A DNA stretch of 64,000 nt. Origin: Cenarchaeum sp. GTDB taxonomy: Archaea > Thermoproteota > Nitrososphaeria > Nitrososphaerales > Nitrosopumilaceae. Every line of letters starts with the position of its first letter. The first letter of the stretch is position 1. The translations under genes and the position numbers were made by a program. The stretch lies in NCBI GenBank assembly GCA_965212015.1, contig OZ243037.1:1504001-1568000 (forward strand), given 5' to 3'. The notes beneath the pieces are model-generated. The model was not told where the DNA came from, ran no database searches, and saw only the letters and a program-made list of their open reading frames with translations. Of this stretch, positions 50,430-61,067 are shown piece after piece.

Positions 50430-52340
50430 TTAGACACCGAATTCTTTGACGACGTCTAGCTGGTTTCTGTGTCTGGCCTCCGAATAGATGTCTTTTTTCC
50501 GAACCAGCTTACGAGTCAGCAGGTAATCAAGAATATTTGCCAGCTCATTCCTGCTTATAGGCATGGTGCCTCGTTTTAATTCCACCAGCAAGTCAATCCA
50601 CGCTTTTTTCGGTGAGGCCAAAGTAGCAGTGAGCCTTTTTGCCGATTCCCGTATTATGATGAATTTGGTTTTATCGGAATAACCCATCATGGCTTTCACA
50701 TCCCTGCCTTTTGGATTGATTATGACGCTGAATTTTTTTCCGGCAAAACCCATTATGACATCGTGCAAAAGCTGCCCCGTCCCGGTGCCTGTCTCTATAT
50801 TATAGGGGATTTTGTTGTATGCATTGTGTAGATATGATGACAATGTACTCAATCCAGTAAACTGGAAATCAAACTCGAATTTTTCGCTGAGATAGTCATG
50901 CAAATCAATCAGGTTATCGGCCAAATGATATTCGCGCATTGGGATTGCCTCGGGTTTTCTCTTTGGTTTTTTCTTTTTGTCTGACCATTTTTGAATAAAT
51001 TTTGACCAAGAGGCATTGCGTTTTTTCAAAAATTCGTCATATTTTTCAAACTCGGGCAGGATATGTTTGGCCTCAAGCCCTATGAGGCCTATGAGAAACA
51101 GAGGATTGCCCACTGCCTCGAACAGGGAATTTTTTCTGTTTACCGTGATTTTATACCCGTCCGAGGTTCTAGAAATGTCATACAGTTTGTCATCGTTTCT
51201 ATCCGCAAAGACAAAGTTAACCGTATCGGAATCATAATTGTAGGAGAATTCATCGGCCTTGTGCAATAACGTGTGGGCATCTGAGGTGTTTATTCTGGAT
51301 TTGATTTTTCCTTCCTGTTTTTCATCTACAGAATAATCTAATATCGATTGGATTGACGATATCGGAGGTGCTTTGGCGATTGAGCTGCGTATTGTTTCAA
51401 CGACAATCGGTTCTTTTTTAAAAGCATTCACAGATTCCTCGTAACTCAATGAATCCTCGATGAATCCCGTCTTGTGAAAGTTTGTGGGAACATGATCCAA
51501 TTCCAATTCTCCGACTATTTTTGCGACCTCCGGATGTGGCCGGATTCCAAATTTATCGAAGGCCTTGATTAACCTCTTGTTCTTGTAGAGGTGTATGCCA
51601 TAGTCTCCCCTGATTGAGCGTTTTTCAAGAAGTCCTATCCATCCCTTTAGACGATGGCCATCTGCCAACCCTATGTCTATTTTTTTCCTGCTGTCTTTGA
51701 CCATCCGTATCGGGGTTGCAGCACATTCCCTGCTGTTAACAAACAATGAAACCAATTCATCTTTAAAGTACGCGCCATACCTGATTCCAAAACTTTGCTT
51801 AAAGGCAGTTGTTTGATTTTGATATAACGCAACATTCAATTTGGAAATCTCGATCAGAGTCCCGTTCCACGGCCTGATCTTTTTTCTCGTCTCGACTTCA
51901 AAGCTCTTCCAGGTTTTTGTAGCATCGCGCAGCCATTCGTCCTCGTCATAATGAATGGCATATTCCACATCCGAATCTTCCTTTGTGGTTGTTATTGAAA
52001 ATGCCTTGCCAAGGGTGGAGCAGGCACTTTTCATTCCCAGCCCGAATTTTCCTAGCTTTTCCTGCCCTTTTGTTCCTTTTGCAATTATCAGCCCGTTTTT
52101 TAGTGTCTCCATATCCATTCCCATGCCGTCATCGACTACAGATATCGTCCTTCCAGTGAAATCCAGCGTGACGTCTATTCTCTCCCTTCTAGTATGGATT
52201 CTTGCATCAATTGCATTGTCAATCAGTTCGGCGATTGCCTGCTCTGTCTTGTATCCGGTTAATCCTAGTTTTTGAATCAGACTCTTGTCTGGAGTAATGT
52301 CTATTGACGTCTTGCCGGTCACTGTTTGAGATTTTTCCAT
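50430..52340 (-). CDS. MORC-type GHKL ATPase with additional C-terminal domains
   Basis: ELIDNAIDA, DDGMGM, GKFGLGMKSA, GT.IEI; S5-like region G..LYKNKRLI ... TNFHKTGF. Confidence 0.85.
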   Translation of the reverse strand: MEKSQTVTGKTSIDITPDKSLIQKLGLTGYKTEQAIAELIDNAIDARIHTRRERIDVTLDFTGRTISVVDDGMGMDMETLKNGLIIAKGTKGQEKLGKFGLGMKSACSTLGKAFSITTTKEDSDVEYAIHYDEDEWLRDATKTWKSFEVETRKKIRPWNGTLIEISKLNVALYQNQTTAFKQSFGIRYGAYFKDELVSLFVNSRECAATPIRMVKDSRKKIDIGLADGHRLKGWIGLLEKRSIRGDYGIHLYKNKRLIKAFDKFGIRPHPEVAKIVGELELDHVPTNFHKTGFIEDSLSYEESVNAFKKEPIVVETIRSSIAKAPPISSIQSILDYSVDEKQEGKIKSRINTSDAHTLLHKADEFSYNYDSDTVNFVFADRNDDKLYDISRTSDGYKITVNRKNSLFEAVGNPLFLIGLIGLEAKHILPEFEKYDEFLKKRNASWSKFIQKWSDKKKKPKRKPEAIPMREYHLADNLIDLHDYLSEKFEFDFQFTGLSTLSSYLHNAYNKIPYNIETGTGTGQLLHDVIMGFAGKKFSVIINPKGRDVKAMMGYSDKTKFIIIRESAKRLTATLASPKKAWIDLLVELKRGTMPISRNELANILDYLLTRKLVRKKDIYSEARHRNQLDVVKEFGV

Positions 52341-52835
52341 GCTAATTTCCTTACTTTCTAGCAATTATTAGCACCACTATAATTTCTTTTTAATTTTATG
52401 TGCTTAAATCGTCTCATATTAGCACTCTATGATAGTAAAAATCCACTAAAAATATGGTGTATGGCCACATTATACCGTGACTGGGCGTGAATTTTACATC
52501 CCGGATGTCTTTAGACAGGTCGGGCCGGCGTGGGATATGGGCACAAATTGGCAGAAAAACCCCGTTCCTTGCCGGTGCCTGGTTTGAGGGAATATCGGTG
52601 AAATTCCGCCATGATGCCGGCTGGACAAAAAACCGACTTGAAACTTGGGTCTACATTTGTTCCCGCACGCCGGCACCATCCGGCAGGCTACGGCCCGTCC
52701 TGCCACTGTCCTGCGCGCTTTTTTGCCGGCGTCCCGCTAAGCGGGCCGGCGCTGCGATCCTTTGAATAACGTGATCCGGCGTTCTGATCCATTGTGTGAT
52801 GCGATCCGTTATTTCCGCAAAAAACTGAAACAAGG

Positions 52836-52843
52836 TTTATAAA
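52836..52843 (+). promoter_or_regulatory. archaeal TATA box of the complex III operon
   Basis: TTTATAAA preceded by a purine-rich BRE-like run, about 25 nt before ATG 52868. Confidence 0.6.
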
Positions 52844-52867
52844 CAATTTGGCGAGTACGGAGCTTGA

Positions 52868-53467
52868 ATGTCTGAGGAGGGCCAAAAGACCGGCGGTTTG
52901 TCTAGGCGGGACTTTTTAAAACTGATGGGTGCTGCGGGAACCGGACTGGCCTTTGCGCCGTTCGTACCGTGGGGCAACTTTATGCCAAACCCGTCGTCTG
53001 CAACGCTAGAAAAGGTCCCCGTCGAGCTGCCAGACGGCAGCCAGGCAAACGCCAACACATTTCCGCTAAACCATGCCGAAGTCATCACCTATCCGAGGAC
53101 GGGGGACCGGGTGCTAGACGAGGAGGCGTTCAGAAAGTGGCAGTTCATCAGGCTGCCAGAAAACCTGGGGGGCGACAAGAACACAGTTGCGTCATTCAGG
53201 GCGTACAGCATGGTGTGCCTGCACCTGTGGTGTCTGTGGAAGTACTGGGACAGCAGGGAGCGCGGCGAGTGCCCGTGTCACGGCAGCATATATGATCCGT
53301 CGACGGGACAGGCAATAGCGGGGCCCGCATCGCTTCAGGCGCCGCCTTCCAACGTGCTGCCGCAGCTGACCTTTGAGGCCGACATTGACGGCGCAATGTG
53401 GATAGTGCCGCCGACGTGGGGCGTCAACCAAAACGGAGTAGTGGGATTTGGACGCTATATCAAGTAA
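52868..53467 (+). CDS. petC: Rieske Fe-S protein with Tat signal
   Basis: SRRDFLK, CLHLWC and CPCHGS boxes. Confidence 0.93.
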   Translation: MSEEGQKTGGLSRRDFLKLMGAAGTGLAFAPFVPWGNFMPNPSSATLEKVPVELPDGSQANANTFPLNHAEVITYPRTGDRVLDEEAFRKWQFIRLPENLGGDKNTVASFRAYSMVCLHLWCLWKYWDSRERGECPCHGSIYDPSTGQAIAGPASLQAPPSNVLPQLTFEADIDGAMWIVPPTWGVNQNGVVGFGRYIK

Positions 53468-54920
53468 GCACACCGGCTTTGTCGCCTTTATCTACTGGAT
53501 CTGGAACGGGATAGACCGGACCATATTCACCGCCATAAAGTTCTCGTTTCCCGCCAGGTTTGTCAGCCCGTTCGGGTTTTTGGGAATGCTCACGTTCATC
53601 GTGTTTGTGATACTTGGTATATCCGGCGCGCTTTTGATGTTCTACTATGAGCCGATACTGGACAGGGCGTGGGACAGCGTCGAGTTCATCAACGACGACG
53701 TCCCGTACGGCTTTCACATAAGGAACATACACTATCACGGATCCAACGCGATGGTGCTGCTGGCCATACTGCACATGTATTACCAGTATTTCAGCGGCAG
53801 ATACAAGATAAGAAACGAGATTCTGTGGGTGACCGGCGTGATACTCGGGACCGTGACCATACTGGAGGCCTTTACGGGATACGACATTATATTCAGCGAA
53901 AGGGCAGAGCTTGCAATCAGCATTGCGGCGTCCCTGACTAACTCCATGCCCATTGTGGGGCCCACCATACGCGACGCGATGTTTGGAAGCGGGTTCCACG
54001 ACTTTGTGCTGCGCTTTTACGCGCAGCACGTCTTTATCCTGCCGCTTGTCATGCTGGGGCTGATGGCCGTGCACTTTCCGAGGTTTCTGGTCTTTGACGT
54101 GCCGATGGTCATGGCGATATCCGGCGCAATCCTGATCACAGGCGGCGTGTTTCCGATTGATCTCGGATTCAAGTTCCAGCCGTCGGTGCCGCCGGGGATC
54201 ACCGTCCCGGAATGGTACCTGACTGGCCTGTATGCGTTTCTGAGGACGCAGTACGACAAGTTCGTCACCGGGGTGCTCTGGCCGGCGCTGTTCATCGGCT
54301 CGCTGCTGCTGATCCCGTTCCTTGACAGGTACAAAAAATTCTCGTGGAAGGACAGGCCCATAATAACGTCCTTTGGCATAGTGGGAATAGCGCAGATAAT
54401 GGTCACCACGTACTGGGGATTCTACATACCGGCAGACGTGGACCTGCCTCTAGTGGAGCGGCTGGTAATAGACCCGATATTTCTGTACCTTACAATGATA
54501 CTGCTGGTGCCGCTGGGATTCGGGTTTAGCTATATGATGATACTGATGGCCAGAGAGTCCGAAAGAAAGGCAAAGATGGCAAAAAGCAACGGCCCCAACA
54601 AGGTGGCGACCATAAACCTGTCAGACAAGTGGATCAACTGGGTGATAATAGCGCTAATTGCGTTTTTGGTGTTCCTGAACATAGCGGCGTACAATGCGTC
54701 AATCACCGGATTTAAGAACCTCTCGCTGTTCTGGGTCGGCCTCATACTGTTCGTGTTTGCGGCATTCTTCCACGTGTACAGGTACGCCATGGGCAAGTCA
54801 AAGGTCACACCGGAGGTGCCGCCGATGATACGGCAGCGGCCAAAGCTGCAAGAGCCGGAATCGGCGCCGCAGCTTGCCGACGGGACAAAGGCCGACGCGG
54901 ATCCGGGCGCGCCAAAATAG
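53448..54920 (+). CDS. petB: cytochrome b of complex III
   Basis: Heme-ligating His in RNIHYHG..ILH and QHVF..VH; PEWY motif. Confidence 0.95.
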   Translation: MDAISSKHTGFVAFIYWIWNGIDRTIFTAIKFSFPARFVSPFGFLGMLTFIVFVILGISGALLMFYYEPILDRAWDSVEFINDDVPYGFHIRNIHYHGSNAMVLLAILHMYYQYFSGRYKIRNEILWVTGVILGTVTILEAFTGYDIIFSERAELAISIAASLTNSMPIVGPTIRDAMFGSGFHDFVLRFYAQHVFILPLVMLGLMAVHFPRFLVFDVPMVMAISGAILITGGVFPIDLGFKFQPSVPPGITVPEWYLTGLYAFLRTQYDKFVTGVLWPALFIGSLLLIPFLDRYKKFSWKDRPIITSFGIVGIAQIMVTTYWGFYIPADVDLPLVERLVIDPIFLYLTMILLVPLGFGFSYMMILMARESERKAKMAKSNGPNKVATINLSDKWINWVIIALIAFLVFLNIAAYNASITGFKNLSLFWVGLILFVFAAFFHVYRYAMGKSKVTPEVPPMIRQRPKLQEPESAPQLADGTKADADPGAPK

Positions 54921-54942
54921 GGCGCGCATGATCTGCCCAAGC

Positions 54943-54950
54943 TTTATAAG
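54943..54950 (+). promoter_or_regulatory. putative TATA box of the cupredoxin gene
   Basis: TTTATAAG about 24 nt before TTG 54974. Confidence 0.45.
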
Positions 54951-54973
54951 ACTTTTACAGACGTTTCCAATAG

Positions 54974-55441
54974 TTGAGCGAATCAAAGAGCAGCAGCGCG
55001 TACGGCATTGGCATAATGACAGTAATAGTGGGCATCTCTGCAGGCGTGATATTCTATCAGGGCTTTTACCTTCCAGAGTCGCTAGAAAAGCCCTCAGTTG
55101 ACGAGCACATTTTGCATCCTGAAAAGGACAGCGTAATCATCAGGATAGTTACGGGCTCTGCCCTGCAGGATCAGACAGAAAACTATGTTCCAAAGGACGT
55201 CGATGTGCAGCTGGGAATCGACAATCTGGTGGTGTGGATAAACGACGACGAGACTGCACATACGGTCACTGCGGATCACAGGTATGCAGAAGGGTACAGC
55301 GGCACATTTGGCTCTGACGGGGTGATACTTCCCGGCGAGCAGTACGAGTTTCTGTTTACAGAGCCCACCGTGGTGGAATACCACTGCACGCCACATCCGT
55401 GGATGAAGGCAGAGATTTCAGTCACAAAGCAGAGATTCTAG
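54974..55441 (+). CDS. membrane-anchored blue copper (plastocyanin-like) protein
   Basis: N-terminal TM; HTVT and YHCTPHPWM type-1 copper ligands. Confidence 0.92.
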   Translation: MSESKSSSAYGIGIMTVIVGISAGVIFYQGFYLPESLEKPSVDEHILHPEKDSVIIRIVTGSALQDQTENYVPKDVDVQLGIDNLVVWINDDETAHTVTADHRYAEGYSGTFGSDGVILPGEQYEFLFTEPTVVEYHCTPHPWMKAEISVTKQRF

Positions 55442-55782
55442 GAGAATCTTGCAAACAGCACGTCGCTTTCAATCTCCTTGTGCTGCTCGATGACTGACGC
55501 CCTGAACTTGACGTCGTGGCCCCGGGCGGGCTCAAAGTCAATCGATGCGGTAAACTCTGCCCTGTTTTGCACCAAGAGATCCCTCTGTACGAACAGTCTG
55601 GTGCTCTGCTGGGTCTTTTTTTTGTTGCACGACCTGTAGGTGAGGAGCTCATTTGAGTCGAGAATCTGCGCATTGATCACTATCCCGTCAAACCTTCCGG
55701 AATAGTTTACAGTTACGGCGCCCCTGATCTCCTCGCCTGCGTGTATGTCGGCGCTCTCCAGCGCAATCTCTATGTCCTTCAC
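55438..55782 (-). CDS. hypothetical protein
   Basis: 114-aa ORF in a core-gene context. Confidence 0.6.
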   Translation of the reverse strand: MKDIEIALESADIHAGEEIRGAVTVNYSGRFDGIVINAQILDSNELLTYRSCNKKKTQQSTRLFVQRDLLVQNRAEFTASIDFEPARGHDVKFRASVIEQHKEIESDVLFARFS

Positions 55783-55826
55783 CGTTATGGGGGTGCAGCA
55801 GCGCTAATTTATTCTGGACGGTCGGG

Positions 55827-56426
55827 CTATCTGTACCCCTCTTTTGGAAACTTCATTCCGGCCACCCTGGTGGTCTGATCCTCCATCCCTGCGAATTTTA
55901 CCACAGTCTCCCAGCTTTCAGAGATGATCCTTGCCACCCCGGATGGGACATAGTCCCTCCAGTCAGAACCGGCCCCGTTTGCCTCGACGTACATTTTTTC
56001 TTTTACCGACGTTGCCGACGTCTCCTTTCTGTGGCCTATCTTTGGGTGCAGGCGGTACATCCTGAGCATGTATCCCTCCGCCCTGTCGCCGGTGTACGTG
56101 AAATAGTCCCCCTTGACCCCGTCAAGAATCTGCCTGCGGAGCCTCCACGACTTGGGCGAGAGCAGCGGCGGCATGTACCTGGAGAACGGGGCGTAAAACG
56201 TATAGCTCTTTGAGACCTCGATCGAGTCCCCAAAGACTGACTCGAGCATGTCCCTTCTTGCCCCAAAGCTGAACGGAAAGCTCCGGCTGTTTACCTCCCC
56301 GCCGGGGCCGCAAAAGATCACCGGCATCACCCGCACCGTATCGGACTGCGATTGCAGCTCGGAGATGATCTCCACATGTGCGTTGGTGACTGGGTTTAGG
56401 TGTGCCAGGTATAGCGCAGTTGTCAA
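55827..56426 (-). CDS. cytidylyltransferase-like nucleotidyltransferase
   Basis: HLNPVTNAH (HxGH variant), PFSF..R, SATSVK, W..YVP. Confidence 0.75.
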   Translation of the reverse strand: MTTALYLAHLNPVTNAHVEIISELQSQSDTVRVMPVIFCGPGGEVNSRSFPFSFGARRDMLESVFGDSIEVSKSYTFYAPFSRYMPPLLSPKSWRLRRQILDGVKGDYFTYTGDRAEGYMLRMYRLHPKIGHRKETSATSVKEKMYVEANGAGSDWRDYVPSGVARIISESWETVVKFAGMEDQTTRVAGMKFPKEGYR

Positions 56427-56467
56427 CTATACCACGCTGGTTTTATGTCCTATTTCAATTATTGACA

Positions 56468-56541
56468 TGGGGACGATGGGATTTGAACCCACGATTTCCA
56501 GCACCCGAGGCTGGCAGTTTACCAAGCTAACCCACGTCCCC
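56468..56541 (-). tRNA. tRNA-Pro (anticodon CGG)
   Basis: Acceptor GGGGACG/CGTCCCC, anticodon arm CCAGC-CTCGGGT-GCTGG, GGTTCAAATCC T-arm. Confidence 0.95.
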
Positions 56542-56578
56542 GATACTAGGACAAAACAGGACAATATTATCTCTACGA

Positions 56579-57424
56579 CTAGCCGTAGGACTCGTCTTTT
56601 ACCTCAAAACTCCCGTCGCTGCGCTTGTTGTGCATGGTCACAAAGCCCCTCGGCTTTAAAAAGTCCATTGCGCCGTCGATCGTCCCCTGCCAGCCGCAGA
56701 TGTAAAATATGGTATTGTCCCTTGTTATCTTTTCGCCCACCAGGTGCTCTAGCGGCGACATGTCGTCGTCCCTCGGCCTCAGAAACGTCTCCACCCTGCC
56801 TGTCTGCCCGCCCCACGAGCGGTTGAACCATTCCTGGGGCCTGCTGATTGCAGCCCTGTATCTAAAGTTCCACTTGTCCTTTCCCCTGTCGAGGCTGTCG
56901 TATTCCAGCTTTGTAAAGAGGTTCTTGTATGCAAGCTCGTCCACATAGCTTGCCCCGTGCAGCACTACTATCTCCCTCTTGTCAGATGACGCATGCAGGT
57001 GCTGGGCCATGCTGACAAACGGGGCGATTCCCGTCCCCCCGCCTACACAGACAATCCTCCTGTTATCCGGGCTGCCGTCTGGCAGCGTCTCGTTGACTAG
57101 AAGGGCCTGTCCAGTCGGCTTTAGCCACCCGATCTCGTCGCCCTCCTTGACGTTGAACAGCTCAGTCGTAAGGCGTCCTGGAACGGGCTTTCTTACCCAT
57201 CTTATGAACAGCTCTACGTATTTCCGATTCTCCGGGTGGGACGCAATAGAGTATGCCCTGCGTATGATCTTGTCGTTTTCGCTTTTTACGGTGTGTCCTA
57301 TGGTGATAAACTGTCCCGCCTTGTACTGGGGGACCTCTCCGTCGCTTGGCACAAAGCGCATCACCATCAGATCATCCTTTAGCAATTGGACATAGGTGAC
57401 GGTTGCCTTGTTGTCTACGACCAT
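56579..57424 (-). CDS. fpr: ferredoxin-NADP+ reductase
   Basis: GQF, RAYSIAS, GGTGIAPF, YICG, C-terminal ESYG. Confidence 0.9.
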   Translation of the reverse strand: MVVDNKATVTYVQLLKDDLMVMRFVPSDGEVPQYKAGQFITIGHTVKSENDKIIRRAYSIASHPENRKYVELFIRWVRKPVPGRLTTELFNVKEGDEIGWLKPTGQALLVNETLPDGSPDNRRIVCVGGGTGIAPFVSMAQHLHASSDKREIVVLHGASYVDELAYKNLFTKLEYDSLDRGKDKWNFRYRAAISRPQEWFNRSWGGQTGRVETFLRPRDDDMSPLEHLVGEKITRDNTIFYICGWQGTIDGAMDFLKPRGFVTMHNKRSDGSFEVKDESYG

Positions 57425-57746
57425 TTTGGTTAATCACACCTTAAAGGTTAAATATCTTATGTTGACAGAATGCCACAAAACCGCCACATGGCGCAGATTG
57501 CAACACGGGGACGGTTTTGTATGCGGATGCCTGCTCCTGCAAATCCGCAATGTGTGAATTTCGGGGGATCGGGACCGAGACACGGGGTCGTATCCGGGGG
57601 GCGTCACCTGATGTGTGGGCCCTGCCGGTGTGACGGAAGGGACGTGCCGGCATTGCAAAACATGTCGGTTTTTTTTGCGCGGTATAGCTAGACGTAAATA
57701 ACAACGCACAAAAGCCTTATCGGCTGGATTTTTCCAGGCATTGTGT

Positions 57747-57820
57747 GGGCCGGTCGTCTAGACTGGTAGGATACGCCCTTGGCATGGGTGAGATCGAGGG
57801 TTCAAATCCCTCCCGGTCCA
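57747..57820 (+). tRNA. tRNA-Ala (anticodon GGC)
   Basis: GGGCCGG/CCGGTCC acceptor with G3:U70, loop TTGGCAT, GGTTCAAATCC. Confidence 0.95.
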
Positions 57821-57862
57821 TGCCTCTACAGTCACTTTTATCGGTTCCAGACATTGGAATGT

Positions 57863-59080
57863 ATGATGAAACTGACAAGGGACGAATTTCAAAGGGTGAA
57901 TGCGGCATCATCGCTGGAGCTGTTCTATCAGGGGATAAAGGCAGAAGAGACGCGCGACAAGTATACGCGCACGCTGCGCCAGGTGCTGTGTGGGATACTC
58001 GAGGAGATACTGGACGGCAATTTCGAGGAGCGCGCAGAGCAGTTTGTAAAGTACGGCAGGGAGAACCCGGAATGGATGCGCGACCTGATGCTGAGCATCT
58101 CCAAAAAGCTGCGGCACAGGACGCAGCTGAGCCGGAACCATGCGGACTATTTCAACCCGGTATCGTTCGGGAACTATTTCAAGCCGGTAAAAAAGCTGCT
58201 AGAGATGAATGACGTGGTAATATCCTGGAAGCGCGTGTATGCCACGTTTCCAGAGCTTGACAACGTGTCGGACTCGCGCGGATGGCACCGCGAGGAGATA
58301 CAGAGGATGCTCAGGTTCACGAGGGGGCCAATGGACAGGGCCATAATACTGGTAGCTGCCAGCTCCGGCATACGGGCCGGCGGCTTTGATCTCAGGTGGG
58401 ATGATCTAATCCCCATATACAGGAACGGCGACGGTCTGGGATTCGAGGGTGAGACGCTTGCATGCGCCATGATACGCGTATACCGCGGAACAAATGCAGA
58501 GTATCCCGGGTTCATAACGCCGGAGGCGTACCGGGCGCTGCAGAACCACCGCGACACGTGGACAGTCGAGGTCGGAAGGGAGCCGGAGGGCACGGATCCG
58601 ATATTCAAAAAGGAGGGCCCGCTTCCAAGAAAGGCCACGCAGATATCGATCAGGAAGAGATTGGACAGAATGATCCGCAGCGCCGGGTTGAGGGCCGAGC
58701 AGCGCAAGACAAGAAGAAGGTTCGAGGTCCCCATGATGAACGGGTTTCGGCGGTTCTGGAACAAGGCCTGCAAGGAGTCGCTCTCAAAGGAATCGCCGCT
58801 CTCCTCGCTGATCAAAAAGGAGTACATGATGGGCCATTCCGGACTGGTGAGCCTGGATCGGAACTATTTCAAGACGCACACGATAGAGCTGGCAGAGGAG
58901 TATTTGTGTGCGGTGCCTAACCTTACAATGGATGATTCCATACGGCTTGCCGAGTCAAACCGCCGCAAGAACGCCCGGATAGCGGAGCTTGAGGGCGAGA
59001 GAGAAAAGATGACGGATCTGCGCGGCATGGTGGAATCACTTGCCGACAGGATTGAAGGAATCTCGAGGGAAAAAAATTGA
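57863..59080 (+). CDS. tyrosine recombinase/integrase
   Basis: SSGIR, NGFRRF, MMGH and RNYFK catalytic pattern; starts 42 nt after tRNA-Ala. Confidence 0.9.
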   Translation: MMKLTRDEFQRVNAASSLELFYQGIKAEETRDKYTRTLRQVLCGILEEILDGNFEERAEQFVKYGRENPEWMRDLMLSISKKLRHRTQLSRNHADYFNPVSFGNYFKPVKKLLEMNDVVISWKRVYATFPELDNVSDSRGWHREEIQRMLRFTRGPMDRAIILVAASSGIRAGGFDLRWDDLIPIYRNGDGLGFEGETLACAMIRVYRGTNAEYPGFITPEAYRALQNHRDTWTVEVGREPEGTDPIFKKEGPLPRKATQISIRKRLDRMIRSAGLRAEQRKTRRRFEVPMMNGFRRFWNKACKESLSKESPLSSLIKKEYMMGHSGLVSLDRNYFKTHTIELAEEYLCAVPNLTMDDSIRLAESNRRKNARIAELEGEREKMTDLRGMVESLADRIEGISREKN

Positions 59081-60148
59081 TAATTTTTTTTGATAGAATC
59101 AGTCTTCCAAGAGCTTGCGGGCGCATGATGCCAGACCGATGTCCGTATGACTTGAGATTTCCCCGTGACACGAGGGGCATATTTTTTTCACTCCACATAT
59201 GATTTGATTTGCTTATAAGTGCATTTTTTTTCGAGTCATCACCCCATCGTCTATCATATACAGTAGTGGGGGTGTGATGTTTTAACCTCTTTTTATATGC
59301 CCAAAACCGCCGATCAGACCTAATTTCCCAATACCCTTGACTGTCCGGACGATGATTCGTAGGCAATACCTACATCCGTGGATCATTTTTTTGACCAAAT
59401 CATGCATGACTACACGATCACATCGTAAGTAAAAATCTAGACTACGACCGCAGGTTAAAGGACTAGAGTCATCATGCACCAAGCGATCGGCTTTACATTT
59501 AGCGTAAAGTCAAAATCAAGACTTTTGCGTGTCTTTCTCAACTTTACGTTGATTATGGCTTCGAATACAGAAATGCCTGCGGTTTTGCTGTATATAAGAA
59601 GTAAATCTTGGTCCAAACACTCAAGCATCTAAATGGTGGCTTGTGCAACCTGGAGGAATCAATCATAAAGCATTTACAAAGACCCGAATAGCAGGCCCGT
59701 CAAAGCACGGTTCTGCCCAGTCTCGATGTCCAGGATGGATACGTATTCTGATCGCAGTATACGGGATTTATTCTTGATTTGGAGATTTTGGGCATACTTT
59801 CTGATAATCCAGAGATATGGCATCTGAGCGGTAGGGTTTTTCCAGGTTTGAGGCGGTTTCAGAGAATCGTACGGCAATAGAGGATTCCGTACGCAAGTGC
59901 AATATGGCCGGCCTGGTCTACCCATCATCTGATGCGTTAAAAGGACACCTGACGTAATAGGTTAGATCCGGTGCCTGTGGATCCAAATATCCCCCTTGGA
60001 CCTACCTGTTACCACTTGACTGCTAGTCACTATATATACTCCAAACGATAACATATTATACTATCTTTACTGACAATAGTTATCCGTATTCGAATCTCTT
60101 GGATCATCTGAGATGGGGACATCAAGGGCTCATGTGGATACGGCACTA

Positions 60149-60715
60149 TTATTTTGAAATTATATGCGTATTCTTTTCCATAAATCTTGTAAAATCCAGT
60201 TGAATCGTTCCGAATGGTTCCACACCTTTGTTATTTGACCAAGCGACAAGATCAGACAACATGTGCACATATTTTTTATCAATATGTTGTAATCCATTGT
60301 CTATTGCAAACCACTTGCAATCCTCATCACACTCAAAAACAATATCCGATAACTCTATGTTATGTTTACGTGCAAATTCTATAATTCGATCATTTATGAA
60401 TTTAAATAATGAATGATTATATGAGCGCAAAACCACGGCATTCCGCATCATTGGTTTTTTCTTTCTCATTTTTTTAATTATTTGATCCCTTTCAATCAGT
60501 ATACAAAAAGCAATATTTTCTCTATTGTTAAATTTGAGTTGGGAGGCAAGCGCTTTCCGGGTTTCAGTGGTTTTTGTTGACATGGCTGATAATCGATCTA
60601 ATTTTAAACGTTTGACTGTTGAATCAAGGTTTTCTTGCGTCCCGATCACAATTCCCATAAACTTATAATTTCCATCTTTTTGATTTCCTGAAACATCCAT
60701 TCCTGCAAGAAGCAT
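60149..60715 (-). CDS. DUF3800-like (RNase H fold) protein
   Basis: GMDVSGN start, FECD, LSDLVAW. Confidence 0.6.
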   Translation of the reverse strand: MLLAGMDVSGNQKDGNYKFMGIVIGTQENLDSTVKRLKLDRLSAMSTKTTETRKALASQLKFNNRENIAFCILIERDQIIKKMRKKKPMMRNAVVLRSYNHSLFKFINDRIIEFARKHNIELSDIVFECDEDCKWFAIDNGLQHIDKKYVHMLSDLVAWSNNKGVEPFGTIQLDFTRFMEKNTHIISK

Positions 60716-61067
60716 GATATATCCATATGATTTTACACCCAATATTACTATAATGATCAAGATCCTTATCGGCAAACTCCGTTTTCCTCACATGCCGTTC
60801 AATTTGATTCCCTGTTTCTCAGACCACCATTATCATGATCCGAATCATCCCATGCCCAAGTCTCCTCATACGAGTAATATGATAGACGATCAGAATATGC
60901 TCCTTGATCATGTAGAAGTCGGCCTTGGCGTCCGGGCCGGGATCCTCGGGATGGTCTTGGGCAGTCGGACTGGCCGACAATCTGAAATCTTGTGTGATTG
61001 CCATTTGCAATCCAAGTATTGAGTACGATCCAAACATGTTAAATATGCGGGATGTGAATAGCGTATA

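Noticed and set aside
42408-50437. Many long antisense and alternate-frame ORFs over core genes
   Set aside because: Shadow ORFs expected in GC-rich coding DNA; the sense genes have clear family motifs
57770-57862. Integrase frame stays open through the 3' half of tRNA-Ala, suggesting an SSV1-type split integrase
   Set aside because: Only about 30 codons, which can be chance; the integrase has its own ATG at 57863 with a TTTTAT box about 25 nt upstream and looks full length
59090-59930. Minus-strand ORFs 58923-59366 and 59674-59928 as genes or transposase relics
   Set aside because: No convincing motifs; one overlaps the integrase; likely decayed DNA
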